A stretch of DNA of 64,000 bases from Tubiluchus corallicola. Lineage: Eukaryota; Animalia; Priapulida. Where the stretch lies: NCBI GenBank assembly GCA_030141605.1, contig JAQGDQ010000068.1, positions 558,001 to 622,000 of the forward strand, written 5' to 3'. Below the pieces are notes generated by a model. It made no database searches. It was given only the letters and a program-made list of their open reading frames with translations, and was not told where the DNA came from. Position 1 is the first letter of the stretch. Each line of letters begins with the position of its first letter. Positions 51,169 through 63,519 of this stretch are shown here, one piece after another. Position numbers and translations under genes: made by a program.

Positions 51169-54100
51169 AATTTTGAAAATCCTTGTTGCATACTTTATTA
51201 TTGTAATAAAAAATGGTTAATTGTGTTATAATATTATCAACGTATACATGTAGACCTTTCTAAAAAATAATTATGGTGAATAAATAATTTTTCTGTGTTT
51301 GTGTAACTTACATTGACGAGCGGTATTTTAATTAACTAAATACTTATTTATTTATTTTTAAAAATTTTATTGGCCTGAACCAGAGACTTCGACTATATGT
51401 CTAACTGATAATTATTCAAATTTACCCTTCAGTACAGGTAAAGCATAAGGCACTTATACAACAAAATTGCATTAAATTGCGTGTTTACATTAGAAATAAA
51501 CGCATTCGTACAAAAAACATTTTCAGATGTAAGCAGATGTAGCGTTCTGGATATGCAGGGGAGAAAACCTAAGATGTCCGTCTTGTTAGACGAGTATCAA
51601 CATCCCAGTGTAATCACTTCCGGTGTGAATAAACTGCTTAGCTCAGTTCTGTTACCAGGCACACTGAAGAATTAATATAGCTAACAGTACATAGAAAAAT
51701 TTGCCGTGACTTAAACAAAAACAAAATTTAGTGATATTTTAGTGTTATCCGAAACGGAATTGTCTTGATAGTGATCTCCTCTTGGAGTGCCAACCTTCTC
51801 ATAATGGCTACACAATTTTACAAATTATTGTTGACGACGTCAGTCTCGCCAACATAATAAGCTAATTTTAGATTCTTAAGACAAATCTGGAGGTTATCTT
51901 ATTGTAATATATGGACATTAGCATATCGTTAACTGTGCGTTTATGATGCACTCAGCTAACATTAAAATTACACTGCGTGGTTATAAACATCATGATTTAC
52001 AATAAATAGCACCCCAACCAGCAAAGTAAAGGCCAACGGAACGAGTAATGCAGTTGTAAGCAACATAGGTTGTATTTTAGCACATTTATTTAGTAGAAAA
52101 ATAGACATTTTAGCTTATAACAGCCAAGTCTCCAAAAAGTACTGGCTGGGCCTCAAAAAATTTAAATTATGCCAGAACAACACATCGAGACCCAGGCTTC
52201 GCGCTGAAGCTACAATCTGTCGTAGTACGTTCACGCTGCGGCCGTTTGTTCAGACGGTTTAGTCAGACAATGCGTTAGTTGAGACCTGCTGCGATGTTCA
52301 ATGGATGCTGTGATGGACAGTTCACAATAAAAGCTGTGACGGTCCTAAGCTTTAAAACAAGTACTATTAGAAAGAGGTTTACTTAAGCCGTATACTACGC
52401 TCAGACAATTTCCATAAATCAATTTAAGATCATTTAACGATTACATAAGTCCATATATTAATAAGTTTAAAAGCGGCTGATTAGATTGAAGGAATGGAGT
52501 AGCGAAAAAAATATGTTAATGAATCTCGATTTGAATCGTGCATGGGCCTTTGAGATACATGCCAAACGTTTACAAACTTTAAACATTTCATTTAAATCAA
52601 AACCAGCGAAAATGAAAACCTCTGGTTTATTCCAGAGGGTGGTACGATTGCGATCTTTACAATTGATTTTTTCGTTGGTCGATGGTTTGGTCTTTCAATT
52701 TGTTATTGTATGGTATAGAAGCACCGCCAAAGGAATAGTGCATAAATAACTAATAACAGTTATTTCCAAGGATTATTTTATTACGCGTAAGGAAACGTAG
52801 CCATAATTGTAGCGTTATATTATAAGAAAACCGCCGCAGTATGTACACAAACAAATAATTAAATGTTAATAAGTTACACAGACATTATTGCAAGAGCTTC
52901 AGCAGCCTGGCATAATCGATCTAATATTCTGAAGATTTCCACCATTTCGTTTTTCATCAGTCAGTGCTAACTGAATGGATCTTAAATGAATTATTTCCTT
53001 AAAAAATTGCATTACGGATTATAATGGTGCGAGAATTATTATGTCAGCCATTTTAAAAATATTTTAGGTATGATTAAAGCCACAATTGAGTCAGACGTTA
53101 ACAATAACAAGGAAAGCTGTGTAGACTGTTAGTCGATTACTGATCATCGGTGGACCCGCTTAAGGAATTAATTAAGGATTGTAGAATATAACTGCTTCAA
53201 GTATACCGCTTAATAGGCAACAAGAAATTAGGAACGCAGATTATAAATAGTCATTTCATGGTTGCTTATTTTTGCACCAATGAAAAAGGAATGATCTGTC
53301 ATACGAATCAAAGTTTGAGATACTATGCATGTTAGTCAATCTAAAGCCTATTTGCAATTATAAGGTTTACCGGAGCTAGTTACTATGCGGTAAAAATAAA
53401 ACAGAAGCTGCAGTTTGATTAACAAAACATGAATTTTGGAGATTAATAGCTTACGTAATTGTAAGGGCTGATTTTGGAGTCGTAATTCAAAAATCACCCA
53501 ACAGTTTTGATCCAAAATAATTAAAAATCTAGGATCGCAGTCGCACTAAAAATATTCAAGAAATATGGCCAGCAATAATTTCCGGTAATGTAAATCACAG
53601 AAATTTCCAAAAGATTATACCAATAAGTGTGAATGAAATAGCTTTCTCGACTTTTTCTCCTGTTAGTCATTTTAAAACATAAGCTACTGCACGCTACCAT
53701 TCAATTACTGAACAATTTAGAGCGTATTTTGCTTTCGTTTAAGGGAATTCACCTAAAGAAGTGTATAACATGATAATTATTGGAGCGCAGACTTATTGCA
53801 CGTACAGACTTAAGCGTAGATTTAAATACGTTGGAGGCGAATTTAAAATGGTTTTTAACTTCTCCCCTAAGAGTACATTTGCGATTTCTAAACCCTTAGC
53901 TATCACTTAGCTCCGCCCACACAGTGCTAAAATTTTTAAGATACTAACAAACCAACATCCACTTAAGAGGTATGTTAGTTACACAAATACCTTCATTATA
54001 AAAAATACAAAAAAAATCATAAAACTCTTATAAAATTATAAGCAAAAAAATGTAATGGTGACAACTGAAAATCAAGGAAAGCGAATTTTCCTGTTTCTTT

Positions 54101-55664
54101 CGTATATACATTACAGAAGTTTATTAAAACTGAGTATACAAAAACAGCAAATCATAAAAAGGCATTGTCAATAATACATTTTCTGATAGTTTACGTTCCG
54201 CATTCGGTCAACATTCGCATAAACAATATAGGAAAAAACAGAAGAACGATGTGTTTAATTTATTAGTATTTCTTTAAATTGGTTTTACATTTAGAAAAAT
54301 TGGAGCAAGTAATTAAATATTCAGCTTTATTACTAAGTTATGGTGGCATCACTGTGCAGCCTGTGTAGATTAAACAAAGACTTAGTAATCGTGACCCGTT
54401 TGTATTGTTTTAAGCCATTTTGATCGGTTGAAAAGTTACTCTTGAAGTAAAAAACAGAGAGAAACCCAATTTTTTCCGCAGTTTTTTACAGCGAAACGAA
54501 AGTTGGCAAATTAATAAACGCTACCATTCAAGACTATGTTCTCAGGAGTCGTAGAAATGAAATACTTAAGCCGTATAGTAAATTTGGGTGGGCCAGTGCA
54601 GTACTATGTATCTTCAAATTTACTGTGTAAACCGGAAATAACGTTTGACAAACCCGTGAAGTCAATTTCATAATTCTTTATTATGATCTTGTTATAAATC
54701 TTTTTTCTTCCACCTAATTGATAAACCAGCTGTTAAAGGTACTTGCTGCAAAAGAAATAACGAAATGACTGGTGTATTCACAAAAAACGGTTTGCTGTTA
54801 TAAAATCACCGAGACGCTACCGTGCACAAGTTTCCTTTCATTTCCTTCAGATAGAACGTCACTGTCTTATAAGCCGAATGGCCCAATAGGTAACCAGAAG
54901 CCACGGGATTGGTCACTTAGCAAAATTAATTCTTATTTTTTGATTACCTTAATGTAAAATTTCGTTCATTAGAAGGATTTATTGATTTTAATAACAGGCT
55001 AATAACAACGTTATAACGTGCCGGTGTCTACGCTAATGTTACATTATATTAGTAGAGGTTAATAAGGAAATTTACACAGTGTACGAGACGCTTTAATATT
55101 GAACTCACGCAAGGTATTATTATATGGGTGCTCTACTCCCTCGAATGTACGAAGCAACATTGGCTGTCATCACAACACACCAGAAAAATCTACTGTTTAG
55201 GTAACATGAAAACGTGAAAATTTACGAAGTTGCACAACAAATAATTTAATATTTTTTTACTTGTGACTCTGAGTGATCTTTAGCTAACTAAGCTAGGTGG
55301 AGACATTAAAAAAGAAACCTAAACCATAAACGCACTAAAATACATTCTGATTCATATGAACATTCTGCATATCGAGAAAGAATATTCAGATTTGAACTAT
55401 GTGCCCGTTGAAAACAATAACCTCTAAACTAGTTAGGTGACCCACTGCTACAAAATTATGATTAAACAAAAACTGCACATTATGTTTGTCTTTATACAAA
55501 CATGTTTTTTGACCAAAAACAAAAGACCCGTTGAAACAGACTGTATACACGACGCACAGTTTTTGATGAAAAAGAATTAATCATTGGCTATGAACAGAAC
55601 CTGTGCTCTTATCATGCAGAAATCTACCCAGTGTACGTCAGCGTTCTTTCACTAAATTACCTAA

Positions 55665-56207
55665 CGGCGTGTTCAGACTAGTGAGTTTTCTGTCGCGATC
55701 TTTCTCTCTTGGTGCGTCCAGATGTAGACGTCTCTCGCAACTTGTTGTGCAATTTTTCTCTGAGAATACAGTCGCACAGGTGAACGGCTTGGTAACATCT
55801 CTCGCAACTTCTAACTCGTTGAATTTGCAATAAGTTGCGAGAGATGTTACCAAGCCGTTCACCCGTGCGACTGTACTCTCAGAGGGAAGTTGCGAGAAAA
55901 GTATCTATGTCTGAACGAGACATCTGACAGCAAACTCGCAAGTGTGAACTACTTTGCGAGTCACTGTCTGCAAGTTATTGCAAACTATCCAACATTGTTG
56001 CGAGTTGATGTCATGCGAGTTACTATCTAGTGTGAACGCCTCGGCGAGTTACTCTCGATTCTTCTCGCACTGAATAAAGAAGGGAACATCACCTCGCACT
56101 TACTGTCGGAGAGTAGCCGGTAGCAAGTTTTGCTCTCCATTCTGAACACGATTACGAGTTACTTGGTAGCTTTTTGGCGAAAAAAACTCGCTGGTCTTAA
56201 CGCGCCG
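55665..56207. mobile_element. MITE (PIF/Harbinger-like), long copy with internal hairpin
   Basis: TIRs CGGCGTGTTCAGACTAGTGAGTTTT / AAAACTCGCTGGTCTTAACGCGCCG flanked by TAA/TGA. Internal 53-bp inverted arms at 55758-55884. Confidence 0.7.
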
Positions 56208-56718
56208 TGAACAAACTAACTTGACATTCTCCATGAAAGAAATGCAAAATTGCTGACAAACGACATAAGACTGCCACATTGAACAACAAAGCTGACATTT
56301 ACGATATTTGTACTACTATATCAGTAAAACGATAACGAAATTTATTTTCCATCCATTACTAACTTTTTATAAGCACCTCGTATTAACCAGGTATCATCAC
56401 TACTGGTTAAATATTGTGTTATGATATTATGTCAACCCCTTCATAAAGGCAGTCTATAATTTATGCACTAAAAGAGAATCAGAGCGCTGATTAGTGGTTA
56501 AACAAATGTCAAAGTACAGGCGGACGTTGAGCGAAAGAGAACATAGAAAACATACTGACGATCTAACGACAAAAAATGACACTAATGTCAAAGTACAGAA
56601 CGCTACAGGTATACACCCAGAGAAATTCGATGCTGTGCCATTCTAACGGGTTACATTTTAGTGCAATATTCGGCCTGAAAAAAGAGTTTGTCTACACAAT
56701 TAAATTACCTACATAATT

Positions 56719-56811
56719 ATGAAAATCGAGGGTAAAGTAGCGCTAGTCAGCGGTGGAGCCAGTGGCATTGGATTCGCTATCGCAGACGTTTTGCTTTCCA
56801 AGTTGGCAAAG
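56719..56811 (+). CDS. HPGD: 15-hydroxyprostaglandin dehydrogenase-like SDR, exon 1
   Basis: MKIEGKVALVSGGASGIGFAIADVLLSKLAK (Rossmann GxxxGxG); 93 nt, phase-0 donor |GTAACT. Confidence 0.88.
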
Positions 56812-57227
56812 GTAACTATTGCATTTTCCTTTAGTACTTCGTCGTCATCACCTTTGCCGTCGCCATCACCACTATTATTATCATTTTTAACATCGTCTCA
56901 TCTTATTGTTATCGCTGTCACCATCAACATAAATATTATTATCATCATCATCATTATCATCATCGTCATCATCATCATCAATAAAAACAACAACATCATT
57001 GTCATTATCGTCGTTATCACTGCCACCATTCTATTATCGTTAGCCCCATCATTTTTGTTTGCATCATGATTGTCATTCATTACACAGAAGCTATAGTCAT
57101 TGTCATTATATCTATCTTTAATGCCATAATTGTCATTACCGGATGGTAGGAGTGAGTAAAATCGGACATGCAGCAAAACTCCATCTAATGATTAAATGCA
57201 ATAATTCAGTAATTTATGTTATTGCAG

Positions 57228-57354
57228 GGGGTTTGTGTAGTAGATGTACAAGACGAACACGGAATCGAAGCCGTAAACAAACTCAATGATAGATATGGTG
57301 AAGGGAAAGTCATTTTTGCCAAAGCTGATGTAGCGGACAAATCCGAGTATGATG
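57228..57354 (+). CDS. HPGD: HPGD-like, exon 2
   Basis: TTATTGCAG| GVCVVDVQDEHGIEAVNKLNDRYGEGKVIFAKADVADKSEYD-, then G|GTCAGT. The acidic residue after beta-2 suggests NAD preference. Confidence 0.88.
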
Positions 57355-57745
57355 GTCAGTTAGTTACTGCTTTCGGACGGTACATAAAAAAGAGGACGCC
57401 TAAATGCCAGACCGCCCCATTTCGCGAGCCTCAAGATAAGATTTTGTGTCTATTCGAACCAAAGCTTTTGGTTGTTTCCAGATTCTCAGTAAGATCCAAA
57501 GTGACATACAGAATCAGAGAGTAATCAATGACATTCAAGTTAGCTTACAAAGTCTAATTACAAGGAACTCAAAAAGGTTTAAAGATGCATGTTCTTGTTT
57601 GTTTTTTAGGGTTTGATGCTATGCCACTCAGGTGTTACCAACCGAATTTAATAACTGTTGATTTGGCAAAAGTCTTTTGTGTTAAATATAAGTTACTTTA
57701 AAATACCTTGACAAAGCTTGCCAATACATATGAAATTTATTTATA

Positions 57746-57790
57746 CAACGCGTTTCGATTAACAACAGTTCATCATCGTCAGGGATTGTA
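57746..57790 (-). ncRNA. Minimal type I hammerhead ribozyme-like motif (probably degenerate)
   Basis: The minus strand reads TACAATCC-CTGACGA-TGAT..ATC-GAAA-CGCG-TT: canonical CUGANGA and GAAA cores with a palindromic mini stem III. The 3' arm of stem I looks partly deleted. Confidence 0.45.
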
Positions 57791-58269
57791 CCGGAAAAAA
57801 ACATGAAGGAAATTTTTAAATTATAGCAAATCAACAATATTGCGGAATTTTATATCCAATATCAACCGTTTAACTGCAGTAATAACATAGCGACTAAGTA
57901 TAGATTTATCAAACATATCCATCGAAACTTAAGTTCGATTTTGTAGTATTTCAAAGTACACAAAATTAATGTTAAAAAAATTATGTTCAATTAGCAGTAA
58001 TCAATGAGCCAAAGTTGAAAGAACGTTTAGCACTGTTAACTTGATATAACGACGAAAAGCAAATATTAGTATGCAATTCATGATCTCAGCATATTATTAG
58101 CTCCAATTCATTTTCAAGTGCGGTTTTTCATAGGCAAAGTTTTGACACACTTCTGAGATCGCCACCCCAAGTACTAGCCAGAGCTAGTGTTGCTTAATTT
58201 TGAAAATGTTATTTTGTGGATGTATTCTAACAACATTAAATGCCCCAAGACAAATCAATAAATATTTGC

Positions 58270-58590
58270 GTTGCAACGTTTCGGCCACAGACTCTGGACA
58301 TTTCAAGCATCTAAAGAGAACTTAACCATCGTATATCACTGCACATTTAAAATAACTTTAGCTTAATAGAATCTCCTGTTTGTTCAGATTTGGCTGCAGA
58401 TTTTTTAAGGCCAGAACTGCACGTAACGTTCATTTGATTTGGTTTTGTATTTTGAACAACTGAGAAATGAGTCAAGTTTGGTTTCGGCCTAGTGCTTTCT
58501 CTCAACTGTCAAATATTGATGTTCCTCAACTCTTGGGTATATATAATGAGTGGTGTATTTACGATAGTGCGAAAACACTGCCATAGGCCT
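58270..58590 (-). mobile_element. Penelope-like element 3' end (GIY-YIG remnant plus hammerhead-like motif)
   Basis: The reverse complement is homologous to 60700-60975 and 63520-63890 (ACCACTCATT..AGAGTTGAGGAAC..AACTTGACTCATTTCTCAGTTGTTCAAAA..GAGTCTGTGGCCGAAACGTTGC). Confidence 0.65.
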
Positions 58591-58649
58591 CAGTGAAACT
58601 TGGCTCAATAAAACAATTCTTAGTGAGTCAATTGCTCTAAAAGGCTATA

Positions 58650-60400
58650 ACATTTTTAGAAAAGATCGTCTACGAAAAAAGCAAAGACGCGTATAACAAG
58701 TTCTTTTTAAAAAAGGATCATGATCACACATTCAATTTTGAGCCAGTAACAACATTGCAAGTCATAAACAACACAAATTTAATGAGACAATCTAAAACCT
58801 CGGGAACACTTGAGGTTTTACCACCCAAAATAAGTAAAATCGTTGGCAGCATAATAGCAAAACATATATGCCACATTTATAACCAAATGATAATGCTCCC
58901 TAAATTCCCAAATACCCGTAAAACTGCAAATTTCACACACAAGCCGAAAAATGAAAACATAGAGAGTCCTAATAGCTATCGCCCCATACTAGTAGTTCAT
59001 GGAATCGCAAAAATATTTGAAAAAATAATGTACGATCAAATACATTGGATAATACAGAAATACTACACAAATAGCAATTTGGTTTCAGCAAAAATCATAA
59101 CACAATCGATGTAATAAATTTCGTGACAGAAAACTATTGCTATCTATTAGACCATAATGAATATATTTCCACAGCTTTTCAGACCTTAGCGAAGCTTTTG
59201 ACAGTCTATCTCATTCCATGCTTCTTAAAAACTCCATTACTAGGATTTGATGAACATTCTATTAACCTAATTACAAGTTATCCTTCAAACAGACAACAAC
59301 GAGTAAAGCTTCAAAACAACATACATTCAGAATGGGGTACAATCAAAAATGGAGTACCGCAAGGCACACTTCTCGGTCCCCTGTTATTTATCATATATGT
59401 AAACAATATTCCGAACATTCTAAAAAAACTGCAGCATGACAATACACGCACGACACATGACACCGCACATGATACCAATCTATATACAAATAATACAGAC
59501 CCAAATATAGCTGAATATACACTAAAACAAAACATAGAAGAAATAAAATCTATTCTGGATTTTCATCACTTACAAATGAACCCTGAAAAACAGTATTTCT
59601 AATATTAAGCCCAAATGAAGCATGTAAAACTGATAGCTTAACACCTAACGTCCTTAATCAAACAATTTAACAATCTAAAGAAACCAAATTCTTAGGTATG
59701 GGACAAAATTAAAATGGGGCAATCAAGTTAATAGCATCGTACAAAAAATAGGACAAGTTATTTCCTTTGTCAAACAAGTAAAAGGCCAACTTAATATCAA
59801 AACTAAATTATTATTATTCTACAAAACCATGGTCCTTCCTAATTTAGTTTACGGCTGTCACCTACTAATCAGTCTACCAAGAAATTTTCTAAACAAACTG
59901 GACCTCACGCAAAATTATGCTTTAAAACATACACTTGGTTATCAAATAAAGAACTATCAAGCCACGGCAAACAGAAAAGAACTAAAATTTTCCAACATAG
60001 AAGCCATTAACCAATTACCATACTTTTACGTTCATTTATAAATGCATACATATCAGCAAACCAATTGAATATAATTACGTATCTTTCATTAAAGATAAAC
60101 ACTTAAATAAGAGAACTCTTAACATAAAGCAAATTCAGACAAACACTTAACAATGTCATAACTCAATATCTAAAGCAGCAATTAATGTTTGGAATTCAAC
60201 ACCTCAAGAAACAAAATCTGCAACGAGTTTAAGAGATCTCAGAAAGAAACCAAAGAACACACCACTCAAAAATTATGAGAGGCCATTTACAAAAATGATA
60301 AAATAGCTACATATAATGATTATGCCTCTATATTACCACCAGTATAATGTAAATTCCATAAAACAATAGAAATAAAAATGACTCACTATAAAAATACATA
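58650..60400 (+). mobile_element. Decayed non-LTR retrotransposon (CR1/Jockey-group-like) reverse transcriptase in HPGD intron 2
   Basis: SYRPILVVHGIAKIFEKI, DLSEAFDS-like, RQQRVK, GVPQGTLLGPLLFIIYVN, AHDT (degenerate ADD), KFLG and LPNLVYG, spread over several frames with stops. Confidence 0.88.
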
Positions 60401-60699
60401 TGTTAAAGTTATTTTTAAATTTTTTGCGTCGATGTGAATTTGTGACGTTATATTTTGTAATTCAATTTTAATTTTACACTATGTAAGTATGTAAATTTTA
60501 CCTGTTTTATTCACGTTTTAAAAAAAATTAACTTTTGTAAAAAAAAATAAAATTTAAAACTATTGCCTACAACAGTCTTTGGCTGGTTATACATGTAATA
60601 TTTTCATGCATTTCATCATACCTGTAAATGTGTATAATTGTGCAAAAAAGATTATAAACATACATATATGTTGTATGTATTGTGAAAACCGCCATGCGG

Positions 60700-60975
60700 G
60701 TTACACCTCTCGCTATTCGCATCAGAGAGTTGAGGAACCTTAATATTCGGCAGTTGGGATTCATTTGAGAGAATGCACTGTATTAACACCAAACTTTTCA
60801 GTTGCTCAAACGTGCAAAACCAAATTCGAATGCTTGTTATACAGTGTATGCGGGCCTGGTCTTTTAAAAAATTGAAGCCAGAGCTGAACAGGGGATATTG
60901 CTTTTAGAATGTTAAATTTTGATCTTTAGATGCCTGAAAATGGCTAGAGTCTGTGACCGAAATGTTGTAAAGCCA
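60700..60975 (+). mobile_element. Penelope-like element 3' end (GIY-YIG remnant plus hammerhead-like motif)
   Basis: Encodes AGYTSRYSHQRVEEP*YSAVGIHLREC..FSVAQTCKTKFECLL..KKLKPELN, which fits the YxGxTxR..R..EH..SA..H..F..E..I...P.LN pattern of Penelope endonucleases. Confidence 0.7.
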
Positions 60976-61030
60976 ATATTCACTGTAAAATTGTTAAAAA
61001 TAAGATATATCAAGGCAAACAAATTTTCAG

Positions 61031-61149
61031 CTGCATTTCAAAAAGCCGTGGCTGTTTTTGGACAATTGGACATTGTTGCAAACAACGCTGGCATAGCGTC
61101 TCCAGTTTGCGATCCATCAATTTACAGCAAAATAGTGGATGTAAATCTG
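61031..61149 (+). CDS. HPGD: HPGD-like, exon 3
   Basis: AATTTTCAG| (A)AFQKAVAVFGQLDIVANNAGIASPVCDPSIYSKIVDVNL |GTAAGT; SDR NNAG motif. Confidence 0.9.
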
Positions 61150-62050
61150 GTAAGTCTGATAACTGCATGTGGTAGTTAGCGGCTACCGAGCAGGCTACTG
61201 TTTTTAAACCACTATTTTTAAAGCATAGGTGTCTTTCTTTCTTGAGGGACCACTTATTTTGACGTCACCGTGCCACCCAATGTTTCAATGTTCCATTTTT
61301 AGAATTTCGTTTTTACTTCAGTAAACAAAGTACCATGAGTGACCTTGATATAGCTATGATAAAGTTTGCCCATAGACGGTTGAAACATCAAGCTGTCTCT
61401 CTAAATTTGAAAAGTTCTGATTTATTCAGATTAAGTCCATCTGCCAACTCATAAACGGTAAACCCCACCGCAAATGTCGTCCGGATGCAGTTGCTTCACT
61501 CAGTTACAATACACTGTAGTTTGTTTACTCAAGGCATTTTTATTCTTGGATTCAACATCAAGCAATAATGAAGATAAATTCTGATAGGAATATAAGAGTT
61601 TATGAGAAGTTTTCTTTGAAAAGAGTTAAATACTTATCTCCTTACTTCACAGCCGGTTTTACTTCATAAAACAGCATTTACCTGCAACGACATTGCGCAC
61701 GTTATGAAGAAATGATACACGAAATTTATTTTAAAGCTACTATACACAATACCATGACTAGGAAAGCATTGTTCGCAGCATTTAAGTAATTTCTGCAAAG
61801 TATAGCAAAGCTTTGTAGTTGAGCATAAATCGGCAATGTATAAAAGATAATTTTACTAACTACATATGAACCTGCATGCAGCATTAGAAATGTTTCTGAA
61901 TGAAACACGCGTAAATAAAGCTTTAAATGTTAGTTTGTACTGTCTTAAGTAGTTAAGGCTTCGAAATGTGGTTTTAAAGCCAAATTTTGAATTGAGGTAA
62001 ATTATGCGGTGAACACTCTAAATAAGGATATGGAGGTCTTCTTTTTTTAG

Positions 62051-62147
62051 AAAGGTGTTATGCATGGAACATTCAGTGCTCTAGAACACATGGGACTTAC
62101 CAAAGGTGGACATGGCGGTGTTGTAGTTAATACAGCTTCTATTGCAG
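62051..62147 (+). CDS. HPGD: HPGD-like, exon 4 (gene presumably continues beyond the window)
   Basis: CTTTTTTTAG| KGVMHGTFSALEHMGLTKGGHGGVVVNTASIA-G|GTAAAT, 97 nt. The GGxGGxxxNxxSxAG segment is characteristic of 15-PGDH. Intron phases 0/1/0/1 match human HPGD as I recall it. I did not find the YxxxK exon in the window. Confidence 0.9.
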
Positions 62148-62721
62148 GTAAATCTTCATCAATTTAAAAACCTGTAAACGTTTGTTTGATGTAACTGATT
62201 TTTAAAAAAGTGATAAGCGGCAGTTAAGCTAGGTTAGAAAGCCGGAAGGCTAGATTTTTTGTTTGTAAAAAGACGAAAGAGTTGGAAGAGCAAAAAAGGA
62301 AAACGAAGAACCCATCTCACGCAACGACCAAGAGGAATATGACGCGGCACGGAAAATTATTTTTCCTTAAGTTTACTTTTCCTCAAAGGATCAAGAATGA
62401 AGATATCAAAGTTGCATTCGTAAAAAGTAACATGGAGAATACGTAACAATACACCAGAATCATTAAAAGAACTTACAGTGTCCACTCTTCATCAATTAGT
62501 GGAAGAGAGTTCTATTATGAAATGTAATCTATGCCAAAATTATTGAGATGGGTAATCTCCATTCTAAAGAAGAAAAAAAAAGTATAGTCAGTGACAGGAT
62601 TACGCACAGATATTTTATGTTTGTTAATTTTTCATAAAATTAATATCGCTTAATTAATTACTTACAAGTTGGAAGTATAAAACATAGTCCATATATAATA
62701 TAATTTAGTAAACACTGAACC

Positions 62722-63280
62722 GTTATGTTAAACAGAATCACAAATATGTAAACATATCTGCACTCTAGAAGCACTGGCACGCTAGTGGATCAGACTACAT
62801 TGCTCCAGCTTATATAGGTATCTGGCAATGCTGCTGACCAATGGTCAGTCAATGCTGACCAATGGGCAGATGACATCACAATGATTGACAGATAACGGTC
62901 GCTGTCATGCAAGTAGCCAAATCAGCTAACTGTTCCTCAAAGTAAATGGTCTAAGAATAGTTGCTGACCATTGACTAGCAAGTCAATAGATGAAGGACGT
63001 AGCAGTCAGCAGAACACAGTACTAAGAACAGAACTGATGTTAGATGCAAAAAAATAGACTTTCTAATCATAGCACAGAAGAACATATAAAAGCAGTGTCA
63101 GAACGCAGATACAAAGAGTTAAGAAGTGAGATCATGTCTCGTGCTTTAGCTATGTGCATTTGCTCTCGGTTTAGTTTTTTACTCCTTTGTGTTAATGTTA
63201 TGCATGTTTTTGTACTTCAATAAAATATACGATCACACTTCATCAATGTTTCTATACTTTGGAGAAAGGACTATAATAAC
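62722..63280 (+). mobile_element. Candidate solo LTR
   Basis: Terminal inverted GTTAT/ATAAC flanked by the direct repeat GAACC on both sides. Repeated CCAAT boxes, TATAAAA (~63085) and AATAAA (~63219) in LTR order. Lacks the canonical terminal T/A. Confidence 0.5.
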
Positions 63281-63519
63281 GAACCAAACAACTAGAACAT
63301 TATTATTAGTCATTACTGAACCAGAGAAACCGAGTGGTGTGGTGTTGCTTGACAAAGTAAAAGCGTGATACGTTATTAAGAAGGGCATCTGTTGATGACA
63401 TTACAAAATTCAAGAAATTTGAAAACGAAAACAGACGCGGTATGTAAACAAAATATTTTCATCGTCAGCTTGACCGAGAGAGGTGTTTGTTTCTTCTGAA
63501 TAGCTCAAAACGTATGCAA

